NCBI GenBank assembly: GCA_002269645.1
Contig: NIVC01000672.1
Location: forward strand, 419,029 to 483,028
Reading direction: 5' to 3'
DNA from: Macrostomum lignano
Taxonomy: Eukaryota
DNA length: 64,000 nucleotides
Both the position numbers and the translations under genes were made by a program. Below are positions 33,775-44,724 of the stretch, in pieces. Positions within the stretch are counted from its first letter, which is position 1. Each line of letters opens with the position of its first letter. Under the pieces are notes generated by a model. It ran no database searches, was not told where the DNA came from, and worked only from the letters and a program-made list of their open reading frames with translations.

Positions 33775-35312
33775 CTGCAAATCAGATTGTTGAATTGGTT
33801 AGAATTGGATAGAGGCCTGGACTGGCTAATAGAGAGATGGGTTGAAGCGCACGGAGCCCCTCGGCATACTGTATGTCTCCATGCTGATGACAGCTGCTAA
33901 TGAAAGCCATCATCAAGCTCTTCGTCTCCAAAGGCACACTAGTCTAGTTTTCGGATGGAGTCTCTGCCCTGATTCTAATTTTGTACTACATTTATAACAC
34001 AAGAACAGTGTTGCAATAGAATGCACTGCCAACCGACATTTACTGAAGTAGGCTCACCGGTTTGTGGTGCAGCCATAACTCGTGAGGCTCCTGTACCGGA
34101 AGGACTTTCCGTGCTATTTAATGTCACGGAAAGGTGCGTCTTTAGCGTTCAAGACACAACAGGCGTTGCTTGGGTCAAAGCAGTCAAACTGCAATATGCT
34201 TTATTTTGCTCCGGAACAGAACAGAAGCCTCTCTCCTGCACTGCACTGCTCAGAGAACTCTCTCCCGCGCAAGCACTTCACTGTTCAAATAGATCTGGAG
34301 GAAAAGCCCTTTATATGGCAAGCCACTTGAACGCGGCTGACTCAGCACCCACTTCTCTTTACTGGACACGCATTCGGCTGGTAAAACTGTGCAATAGTAG
34401 AGGAATGAGGGTGAATGTACAGAGGGGGGGGGGGCAGATTTTTCTCTCAGAGAGATCCTGTTGCTCATACTCGTATTATATACACTATGTAAGAGATTTT
34501 GAGTACTGTGGGACGTTGGATAAAGCAAGTTCGCCTTTTGTGAACAATGAAGGATACGCGCGTGCAGTTATGCTGATGAGGGTTTTTTTGTAAAAGGTCA
34601 TTTTTAGCAAGAAAAATGTGAAATTTGCTAGCAGCACATTTTTCAATCGTACTATGAACAGACTGGGTCATCCTCTCCACTACTCTCAACAGAGTTAGCA
34701 TCAGTCTCAAATTCTGAACTATTTACGATTCTCTCTTCCCAATCCACATATTTGCACATATAACTCCCCAATTTATTTTTAAGTCATAAATTTCTTTATT
34801 TTCTGGGGGGTACATTTTGATTTCAGAATTGTCTCGATTTTTTATAGAGACCTCTTCAATTGTTATTCCAAATATGCTGTTTAACTTGTGGAAGCTGATA
34901 GCAAATATTCTCAAGGGTGTCAAAAACATCGAAAGTGTGTCCCGCCATTTTTAAGTAATTTTCTGAGGTCGTGGGGGTTGTGAATTTTTACTGTTGTAAA
35001 TTTTTTTATAGTAGTATTGAAAATGTCTAGTCTAGGGCACTTTTTTTACATTTTTTGAGAAATAACAATACTCATATAGTAGTACTATATGTCTCAACAC
35101 TTTATGCATACCTCATCGATTACACCATTCAATATTATTCTTTTACTTGTTTTGATACAACTGAAAACGTGTCCGACATTTGTTGCCATTTTAAGTGATT
35201 TTTCTACCCTGAAAATGTTCGACACATCGAAAAGCACCTTTATTTAATGATTGGAATTTAAGCTTTTTTGCGTCATGCGTCATGCGTCAGAGACGAGTAT
35301 CAAAGTCCTATA

Positions 35313-36311
35313 TGTAGTGAGCCGCTAGTTTATTGTTAGGCGTCGCCCTTGTCAGCCGCTCCCTTGCCCTCCCTTTGGGTTGCTGTCTGCCGCTGGTCAG
35401 CTTCCCGTCCCTTTTTCGTTTGCCTGTTGCCCCCCGTGTCCCTTTCCGCCCTGTTGCGTCTCCGTTCTCAGCCCTCAGTCTCTCGACTGTGGGCTGTCGC
35501 TGTTTCGCTTCCATCCTGTTTTCCTCTGTCATGTGAGCAAGTCACATGACAGCTCTTGCGTTCTTTGAGTCTTAAAGTGCAGTAAACATGTTTACTGCAC
35601 TCGTTGGCCCTGTTTACCGGGTGAGTCACATGCTTTCGGACCCCTCCCTTTTCTAAGGAGAGGAGTGACTCATGTTGCTAAAAATAGCAACTGAGTCACA
35701 GCCATGTGTACTCTGCCGGGGACCCTCAAGTGACGTCAGTTCTAAAAATAGAACAAGTCACGAGGTCTTCCGCGCGCTTGTACCCTGCCTGAGACTCTCG
35801 AGTGACGTCAGTTCTAAAAATAGAACAAGTCACGAGGTCTGGAGCGTGGGAATTTCCCGGCTATAAATAGGAGCCCTCTCCCCCTTGTTTCCGTCAAGGA
35901 GTCTTCCTTCTGTTCAACCTCGAGTTCTACGTCCGCGTGTGACTGAGTCCCGAGTGTCCGAATCTTTGCGCACATTGATTCTGTTCCTATTGCTCCGACT
36001 GAGACCTGACCAAAACCAACCCAAGTTTACGAGAGGCTAACTCCGCCCTCCCTGTACCATCCAAGCCCGGCAGGTGCTGCTGACGAGACGCCTTATACGT
36101 GAGCTGCAAATCTGCACGTCGTGCTGTGTTCGTTGACTTCATTATTTCGTTCCGACGGGAAGCTCACCTCACCGAAGGCCGAGACCTGAAGGAACTGGTG
36201 GCAGCACTACCTACGCTACTGAGAAAGTTGAGAGAACTTCCCACTGAAGAGGCCCGAGTCTGAAGGTAATCCGCAAGGGCCGAAACCGGGAAGAAACCCC
36301 ATTGTACTTCA
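35313..36311 (+). repeat. 5' LTR (999 bp)
   Basis: tgtagtgagcc...attgtacttca. I noticed only two compensating C-homopolymer length differences from the 3' LTR. Confidence 0.97.
35578..35867 (+). promoter_or_regulatory. LTR U3 enhancer/promoter: motif cluster and TATA box
   Basis: Palindrome tgcagtaaacatgtttactgca (35578-35599). TGAGTCA/TGACTCA at 35622, 35666 and 35692. TGACGTCA at 35731 and 35803, inside a ~44-bp direct repeat. GGGAATTTCCC at 35848-35858. TATAAA at 35862-35867. Confidence 0.65.
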
Positions 36312-37579
36312 CTGGTGACGCAGCGGTGAGATCCGACTACGACACACCCAAGCCAACCGCTCTTTCGAGAACGACATCGGCCAGCGACTACGACGAGTTC
36401 AACATGTTCAACGAGCGAGACGAGAGCCGGTGCAGCAGCCGGCTGGATCAGCACATCAGCAGTTCGAGGCCTGCGGCAGCAGAAGCCGCCGCAGCAGCAG
36501 CAGCGGTCAACGACTTTGGTCAGCAGCCAACGCCGAGGCAAGGTGCGAGAAGCGACGTGTCCGACGACCCGCCAGACGAGCTTCTGCAAGGCCTGGACAA
36601 CATCGGCCGGAACATCACGCACCAGGACGTGAGGACCATGATGGCAGCTCTGCAGCAGCAGATGGAGCGGCCTGTGAGTAAACAAGTTAAAATTGTAAAG
36701 TTTACTCCAAGTCAGGACATTCATGTCTGGCTTGCCGCGTTCGAGCAGCGTTGCGAGATGGAGCGCATCGTCGACCCGTTCGAGATGAAACAACACCTCA
36801 TCGCGAGTCTCGATTTGGCTACTGCGTATCCAGCCTTGCTTGGTATGAATCTTCCGCGTTTCGCCAGCTACGGGGAGGTCAAGCAACGTCTGATTGAGCG
36901 ATTTGCCCGTCATGGTGGTGCTGATGAGTATCGAGAACTGTTGCGACGTCGTCAACAAGGCAAGAATGAGTCAGCAGAAGAGTTCGCTGACGCCCTGAGA
37001 ACTCTGGGTGAACGTGCATATCCTCGAATGCATCCTGAAGACCGCGAGAAGGAGATTACTGATCAATTTCTTGCTGGTATCCGGACGACTCCAGATCTGC
37101 GCGAACGGCTGTACTGGGTTCGCCCGAACAATCTTCTTGCTGCGATTCGAGAGCTACGACGACTAGAAGGCGCCAAAGAATTGGCGCACCGATCTGCTCA
37201 ACCCCCGGTTAGGATGTTGGACGGGGAGGAGGACGGCGACCCGAAACCCGACGTCACCGCCCAAGCCTTACCGACTCTAACCGACTTGATTGAGAAGCAG
37301 CAGCGAATGCTGGATCACCTGGTGCAGCGTGACCAACAGCAGGTAGCCAGCCCGCCAAAGAGAGCTATAATCTGCTATAGCTGCGGACAGCCCGGTCATC
37401 GCAACACCCAGTGCCCGATGCGCCAGAACCAGGGAAACGGCCAGGCGGAGAGCGACAACGGCACCGCCCTCCGCGAGGTCCAAGCCCAGGCTACTTGGCA
37501 GACTCCGAGAGGTCACCAGAAGAAGAGGATGTCGGCTGTGCAGGCGCCAATGCCCAGTCCGACAGTCGCTCGTCAGTAA
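36302..37579 (+). CDS. Gypsy Gag with CCHC zinc knuckle
   Basis: Retrotransposon-gag-like core (WLAAFEQRCE...ESAEEFADALRTLGERAYP) and CYSCGQPGHRNTQC. The true start is probably a downstream ATG (~36403). Confidence 0.9.
   Translation: MYFTGDAAVRSDYDTPKPTALSRTTSASDYDEFNMFNERDESRCSSRLDQHISSSRPAAAEAAAAAAAVNDFGQQPTPRQGARSDVSDDPPDELLQGLDNIGRNITHQDVRTMMAALQQQMERPVSKQVKIVKFTPSQDIHVWLAAFEQRCEMERIVDPFEMKQHLIASLDLATAYPALLGMNLPRFASYGEVKQRLIERFARHGGADEYRELLRRRQQGKNESAEEFADALRTLGERAYPRMHPEDREKEITDQFLAGIRTTPDLRERLYWVRPNNLLAAIRELRRLEGAKELAHRSAQPPVRMLDGEEDGDPKPDVTAQALPTLTDLIEKQQRMLDHLVQRDQQQVASPPKRAIICYSCGQPGHRNTQCPMRQNQGNGQAESDNGTALREVQAQATWQTPRGHQKKRMSAVQAPMPSPTVARQ
36313..36335 (+). promoter_or_regulatory. 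Primer-binding site, tRNA-Leu-like
   Basis: TGGTGACGCAGCGGTGAGATCCGA begins 1 nt after the LTR. It resembles the complement of a tRNA-Leu 3' end (TGGTGGCAGCGGTGGGATTCGA) with a 2-nt bulge. Confidence 0.6.
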
Positions 37580-40500
37580 GTGACGCGGAGTGCGGAGGTT
37601 TCGTGGACACCTCCCCGAATCAAAAAATCCATGCGCGTGAGGCCGATCCGTACGTCACAGGTCGAGTTGCGAGTCGAGAGGTCCCTTTCTTGCTTGACAG
37701 CGGCAGCCGGAAAAACTTTCTTGGTTCGTCAACCTGGGCCGCTATTAGACGTCGGATGCCTCGTTGTATTATATCGCATGCTATTCCCGATTGCGTAACT
37801 ATGTATGATGGGACGCAGCTCCCACTTGCTTGTAAGGTGACCATTCCGGTGGAGTTCGGTGATGTCGTCGCGGACACCGAATTCCTCGTCACGGTCTCCG
37901 ATTGTGAAAATTTGCTTGGCGTATCGTTTATGCGAGAGCACTGCCAGAACTTGGACTTCGCTCAAGGAATGCTAACGTTCAACAATGGCACGTGTATCCC
38001 TGTTCGTTATTCGCATCGTGAGCTTCAAACCTGCCGAGTGTACACCTCCGAGAAGTGCACCCTGCCGCCTAGAAGTTCAGCGCTGCTTCCCGTCAGATTG
38101 GATGACGGCCACCCTGAGAATCGAGGATCGCCATCAATTGTCGAGCTGGTTAAGTCGAGGCTGCATCCCAGCTGCAACGCTCTGGAAGCAGCGCCTGCTC
38201 TGATGACGATGCCTGAAGGTCGCGGCTACATTGAGGTCGTCAACACCGCCGACAGCGAGGTGTTCCTGCAAGCCGGTATCCGTGTGGTGTTGCGACGCCA
38301 CTCCGAACTGCCGACCTGATGTACTGAGCGAGACGCCCGAACCTGAAGTGCGACACCTCCCGAAGAACTCTGAAGAGTCCAGCACAGCATGGCTAGATGA
38401 AGTCGAGATCAACAGCGAATTGTCCAAAGAACAACATCAAGAGTGCGAGATCTACTAGTCGAATGTCAAGCGGCCTTCTCCAAGCACTCGCTAGACGCCG
38501 GCCTGACTCACCTGGTGACCCACGAGATCATCTTGAAGGACCGGACACCAGTCGCGCTACCACCGCGCCGAATCCCGCCTCATCTGAAGGACAAGCTCGA
38601 CGCCCTGCTAGACGAGATGCTGGCGAAGCATATCATTCGCCCTGCCTACTCGAGCTACAATTCGCCAATGCTCATCGTGCCCAAGAAGGACGGCAACATC
38701 CGACTAGTCCACGACTTCAGAGCTCTCAACGACAGGTGTGTGTATCACCCGTATCCGCTCCCGCACATCCAGGAAACCTTCGCGAAGCTTCGTGGTGCTC
38801 AGTGGTATTCTAGCTTGGACCTTGCTCAAGGATTCTGGCAGATCCCGCTGCGCGACTGCGACCAGCACTTGACGGCATTCTCAGTAATCGACCGCGGCCA
38901 ATTCTGTTTTAACGTTCTACCGATGGGTCTCCACGATAGTCCCGGCAGCTTTCAGCGTTGCATCAATAAGCTCCTGGACGGCCTGACGCCAAAGACTGCG
39001 CTTGGCTACATGGACGACATCGTGGTGCACTCAGTGACTTTCGAGGAACAGCTGGATAACTGCGAACTGTACTCCAGCGCATCATCGCAGCCAACCTCAA
39101 AGTGAAACCGAAGAAGTGTCATTTGTTCCTCAAGGAGCTGCATTATTTAGGTCACGTCGTGACTCCCGACGGCCTGAAGACCTGTGAGGACAAGATTGCG
39201 CAGATCCGTGATTGGCCCGTGCCACAGTCCGTTACTCAACTGAGACAATTCCTAGGCCTCGCCAATTACTACCACAAGTTTGTCGACGGCTACGCTGGAG
39301 TGGCTGCGCCGCTGCATGCCCTGACGCGAAAGGACATTGGCAGCCTGCGGCAGCATTGGACTCCCGAGCATCAGCAGCGTTCGACACTTTGAAGAAGAAA
39401 TTGTGTTCTACTGAAGTTCTCGCTCTGCCTGAATTTAATTCTGATCCTGCTGTGAAGTTTGTCCTCGACACGGATGCCTCTGATATTCGAATAGGCGCTT
39501 GCCTTGGACAACTGCAATCCGACGGCGTCGAACGTCCAATTGCATTCTTTAGCCGTAAACTTCGCGATCCTGAGAAGCGCTACACGGTCACGAAGAAAGA
39601 GCTGCTTGCAATTGTGGACGCTATGCGACATTTCCGTCATTACTTAATCGGCAAGAAGTTTGAAGTTCGATCCGATCATCGGGCCTTACTGTGGTTACTG
39701 AACCAACTCAGGCCACAGGTATTTTAGGCCGCTGGATCGAACGCCTAAGCGAGTTCCGCTTCCAGCTCAACCACCGCAAAGGCAAGGACCACGCCAACGC
39801 TGATGCCCTGTCAAGAAGACCGGAGGGCCCGCCGATCTTCTTCGAGCATGGCCGACTGCTAGAGCAACCTGGTTCTACGCCCGACCCGGTGACGACCACG
39901 ACCTGGAACCGGATTTGGACCCGACACCCGAGGCCACTGCCAGAGCAGCCCTCCAGAAGACAGTCCACTCTCGCTGCTTGGAGGCCAAGACTGACCTGGA
40001 CGAAGACCTGGAAGCCACCGCGCCAGCAGCCTTCCAGCACGACGCCCACCGCTGCAGTCAACGCCTGGAGATCGGCCTGGACGACAACCAGAGGCCACTG
40101 CGACAACAGCCCTCTGCCGCGATGCCCATGCCGCCCGCTGCAATTTGGAGACCAACCTGGACGAAGACCTTGAGGCCACTGTGGACACAGACCTCCTTGA
40201 CGACGCCCAAGACTACAGGTCTCGGACTCTGGAGACGCCCACGGACCAAGATTCAAAGGCCACCGCACCAGCAGCCCTTCTGATGACGGCCCGCAACGCA
40301 ACTCCAGGCAAGCAATTTAACTACAACCCTACTGAGCCTTTCGCTGAGATTTCTCGCCGTGTTGACAGAGGCCAGAATCTCGCGCCAGCTGCAAGGTCGA
40401 AGCTCTGTCCCCCGGGCCGACAGACAGCTGCTCATCGCCTGTGCGGAAAGTCGAGTCCCCCTTTGCGACACCGCCCAGTGCTGGAGAAGACTCACCCAAT

Positions 40501-42130
40501 TTTGACGACGACTGAGCCGACGGCTACGGCTGCCTGCGACGAGGCGTGCTTCACGTGTTGCGTCCCGCCCTACAGCCAAGAGTCGCCTGTGCTATGCAGT
40601 GGAGGCATGCGCGCTGCTCCATCTGCGGAATCTTCTGTCATGAGAGCGATGAAGAGAACTTCGATTCGAGATCAACGGACGTACGCCGACGTTGTGAGAC
40701 AAAGTCCCTCGGAGCGACCTAATCCTGACGCCGACAAGACGGTGCCGTGTGATCGACCTGGAGCCATTAAAGCGGGGACTGCGGGAGTCATGACCCCTCA
40801 GCCATGCCGCGCTGTGCTCACTGATTTTCTGAAGCTGCCGATGACTCGCCAACAGTTCGTTGAAGCCCAGCGCGCTGACCGAGCCATCAGCTACGTGCTC
40901 AACCTGGTCAAGGACGAAGCCCCGAAGCCTGAGTTCGACGCCCGGTTGCGCCTGACGAAGGAGCAGCGGAACCTGCTCGGATACTACGAGAACCTGCAGG
41001 AGGACAACGGCCTGCTGCTGATTGACCTGTCCGATGGCCAGCAGCCGCCAAAGGTTGTTCTGCCTGAGGCCCTTGACGCCCAGGTGCTCCAGGAGCTCCA
41101 CAGTTCGCCACTGTGTGGACACCTCGGCGAGACGAAGACGTTACTGCGGCTACGAGAACGGTTCTGGAGACCCGGATTAGCCCGTGCTACCAAGACCTTC
41201 ATCAGTAAGTGCCGCACTTGCCTTGAAAGTAAATCGCGACGGCGAGAGAGAGTTCCGGTCCAGAGCTTCCCAGTTTGCGAAGTTCTGGGTAGAATCCACT
41301 GTGATGTAGTAGGACCAATCGCGCAGAAGAGCAAGAGCGGCAACCGCTACATCCTGACCTTGTGCGATGCGACGTCGAAGTATCCATTCGCCTACCCGAT
41401 GAGAAACCAGAAAGCCAAAACAGTCATCAAGCTTCTGCAGGAGCGCTTCATCCCTGAGTTCGGTGTACCATGCTGGATCCACACCGACCAAGGCACCAAC
41501 TTCACCGGCTCGGCCTTCAAGAAGTTCTGCGACCTGTTTGGCATTCGGCATACGACAACAACACCGTACAATCCAGCTTCCAATGGACAAGTCGAGAACC
41601 TCAACAAGCAGCTGAAGAGTGTCCTCACCTGTCTGCTCGAGCGCAACCACAACGACTGGGACACCTTCCTCCCGGCCTGTCTGATGGCTCTCCGCTCCAG
41701 CGTGCACCCGGTGACCGGCTTCACGCCTCACTACCTGGTGTTCGGCCGTGACTTCCGACTCCCGATCGACAACGCGCTGAAGAAGCTGCCCGAGTACGCC
41801 GACCTGCCCGACTACGTCAAGGACTTCCAACGTCGCCTGGACGAGGCGACTGAGCTAGCCAAGGAGCGCCTGCATCTGCACCAGCAACTGCGAGACGAGC
41901 ACTATTCGAACCTGCCCGTCGCCAAGAAGCTTCAACCCGGTGATCTGGTCTTCCTCAACAATCCGGTGCTTGAACCGGACGAGGCGGCGAAGTTTCATCG
42001 ACCGCGCAAAGCACTGTACGAAGTCGTCGAGCCCAAGGGCGAGGTTGTCTACAAGATTCGACGGAGACTGCCCAACCCGAGAGCTAGACGAGACGAACTA
42101 GTCGTCCATCGCCGGAACCTTCTGCTCGTG
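37411..42130 (+). CDS. Gypsy Pol (protease, RT, RNase H, integrase) with at least 6 frameshifts as assembled
   Basis: PR: FLLDSGS. RT: YNSPMLIVPKKDG, DFRALN, LDLAQGFWQI, PMGL, YMDDIVV. RH: LDTDASD, ELLAIV, SDHRAL. IN: H-X6-H...C-X2-C, HCDVVGP, HTDQGTNF, NGQVENLN. Confidence 0.93.
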
Positions 42131-42700
42131 CCTGACGCCGATTACACGAGGACTTCCGATCCTGAAGTCGACAAACCGAAGAAGCGTCGGCGACCGCCCG
42201 ACGTCCCCGACGGCGCAGGACCCGCGACCCTGACGCCGATTCCCGAGGACGACCAGGACGACCCCGACGATGATGATGATGACGGCTACGACGCAAGGCC
42301 GGCCTTCCGATGGCACTCCCGGCCTTTGGCGATCCCGGAGGTGCAGCCAGGAGGTGGACCGGTCACGACACCAGCGAACCAGGCAAGTGCACTTCGGCGT
42401 GAGCCAGTGCCGTATGGTGAATGTCATTTGCATGAGCCTGTTCTTGATGCGTCTACGCCTGTTGTTTCTTTTCCACCCGTTTCTGCTCCCGCCCCCAGTG
42501 CTGCTTTATCTGTGGTCCAGACCCCTGGGCCGTCGCTATGCACCACTCCGGTGGAAGCGTCAGTAGGAATTGTAGATGCCGGTAGGCCGGCTAGGAACCG
42601 TAAGCAGCCTGAGAGGCTGATTATTAATCCTAGGGCTAAGACTTATGTTAGCCGCACCGCCCGCATCCGCGCACAAATCGAAACGCATTTCAGCGCAGAA

Positions 42701-44077
42701 ATGCACTCTCGCCGTACCGCCAAGCGCACTGAGCGCACGCCGTCGGCGGAGAATCGCCATCGCCGCTCGCGGCACGAGGCCGAAGCAGGTCCGCCCATTG
42801 GGGCAGCCGGCGGCCAATTTGAGTCGGGCGAACGCCGGGAGGTTGCCCGAATCCCTCCCCGGCTACGGCTCACCCTTCCTCAGGAGGAGAGAGCCCCGTC
42901 ACCGCCACTAGAGGCACGCCGGCCACGTCCTAGGCGCCGCAGGCGACAGCGGCCGGGGCACAACCGGACCGCCGGTGCCGAGGGGACGCCCTCGGAGAAC
43001 CCGCCCGTTGTTCGCCGTATTGCGGCCGCCCCATCATCGAGCCTGGCAGCCACTGCCTCGACCGACGGAATCTCTCAAGGAATCGCTGAGATCCGCTGGC
43101 AAGTCGAGCAGGATCAGGCTAGAGAGGCCGCGGGCCACAGCAGCGAGAGACCCAAGCCCGCAGCGACGGCTGATCAGGTTCAAGGATCGAGACGCCAGCG
43201 TCCCCGACCGCCGACGCCCGTCTTCATTGACTTGACGGAGCCGGACTCCCCGGGGCTAAGCCCGACTACTAAGTACCGAGCGGCCGGTGCGTCAGCCGCC
43301 GGAGTCGTCGCCGAAGGCCTAGCGGAGGTTCGACAACAGCTCGCGCCCCGGCTGCCGACGCCAACATCGACCAAGATCGAGACTCGGGACGCCCGGCCAG
43401 AGTCGCCGGATGACGCCAGCAAACCGTCGGCGCAGCCCGCCCCCAACTCAGTTTTTCTTTGCAGAATAGCGGGGCCAGAGCTCCGACTGGAACCGGCTTC
43501 ACCGCCCTGCGACGACCAAGTCTGGCTGCCGACTGTTCCCGAGCCGGAGAACCCCGTGGCCCCAGGCAGAGTAGAGGCCGCCTGCCAGACTGACGGCAAC
43601 AATTCGGAGGCGACCACCCTGCAGGAGCTAACCACTGAGCTGCGACAGGCCCTGCCTACAAACAACGCTGTCCCTCTAGCTCCGCCCAACTCGCCGGAGC
43701 CACGCGACCCAGACTCATCAGACAATGAGTCCGAGGACAACGGATCGGCGCCACCGGGCCTTTCGCCAGCTGTTCAAGCCGCCGTTAACCGCTATATTGA
43801 GGCGGTGTACTTTATCGCCCAACAGCTGACGGCTGCCGCCCAATTGAACCGACTGCCAACCCTCGCGGACTGGCCGCGATGGGCCTGTCTCCGCGCCCTT
43901 ACGGATGAGGATCGACAGCGGCTAATGGACGAGGCCGCCCAGCTCGCGGCACCGACGCTCAGGCGTCCGCCGCATCCCGAGACGGCCCGCGTCGTCGCCC
44001 GGCTAATTGCAGCCCAGATGGCGGGTCGGACGCCGGAGGTCCCGGATCTCGTGCGCCACTGTGACCGGCAAGAGTAA
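42701..44077 (+). CDS. Candidate third ORF / long integrase C-terminal extension (458 aa) in the env position, function unknown
   Basis: In frame with integrase in ORF 40145..44077. ATG at 42701 is preceded by a tttcAG acceptor (42692-93). It is Pro/Arg/Ala-rich with a predicted helical C-terminus. I see no signal peptide or transmembrane segment. Confidence 0.5.
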   Translation: MHSRRTAKRTERTPSAENRHRRSRHEAEAGPPIGAAGGQFESGERREVARIPPRLRLTLPQEERAPSPPLEARRPRPRRRRRQRPGHNRTAGAEGTPSENPPVVRRIAAAPSSSLAATASTDGISQGIAEIRWQVEQDQAREAAGHSSERPKPAATADQVQGSRRQRPRPPTPVFIDLTEPDSPGLSPTTKYRAAGASAAGVVAEGLAEVRQQLAPRLPTPTSTKIETRDARPESPDDASKPSAQPAPNSVFLCRIAGPELRLEPASPPCDDQVWLPTVPEPENPVAPGRVEAACQTDGNNSEATTLQELTTELRQALPTNNAVPLAPPNSPEPRDPDSSDNESEDNGSAPPGLSPAVQAAVNRYIEAVYFIAQQLTAAAQLNRLPTLADWPRWACLRALTDEDRQRLMDEAAQLAAPTLRRPPHPETARVVARLIAAQMAGRTPEVPDLVRHCDRQE

Positions 44078-44712
44078 CTTTAAAACCCTGGACTGACAAA
44101 CCCCAGGTGACTCCAATTTTCGTCGCCCCCTTTTGCTAGCGCCCTCAGCAGCCCTGCGCTGCACGTGCGAATTTTGCGCCGTCGCGCCGTTTACTTCCCC
44201 TCTTCGTATATGAGCGGCATTTGTCCTTTGTGCTCATTTTCGGCATCAACCATTTGTGCCCTTGTGGCCAGTCTCTTGCCTTTTACCCCGGGGCTCTGCA
44301 TGAACTCCCGCATCCCCCATATTTAGGCGCCTCTTGCGTATCATGGGGCTGGCGCCCCCCTTCATGCTTTGGTGTGACTCCATTAATACCGTAAGGGGCG
44401 GTAGTACGGCCTCGCCCAGCCGCGCTTTTATAGCCCACTGTAGCTTCTTTATCCCATTACCTGTATTTGCCACCTCAGGCGATTCCCTTTTTACGGGCGC
44501 TGCAGTCATTTGTGCAACCCGGTATTTAGGCGCTGACTTCAAGCGGGCAGGCGCCCCCGCACGCGCGTTTAGGGTTCCAATCATGGGCCTAACCCAGCCC
44601 CTTTTCTGCTATTCTGCCAAAGTTACCATCTTTTTGCCAATCAAAATTTTTATTTTCTGCAGTTTACTTTTTAAATAAAGGCGCGCTCCGCCTTCACTCC
44701 GCCTCTTTATTT

Positions 44713-44724
44713 GAACGGGGAGAG
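44713..44724 (+). promoter_or_regulatory. Polypurine tract
   Basis: gaacggggagag directly before the 3' LTR. Confidence 0.8.
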
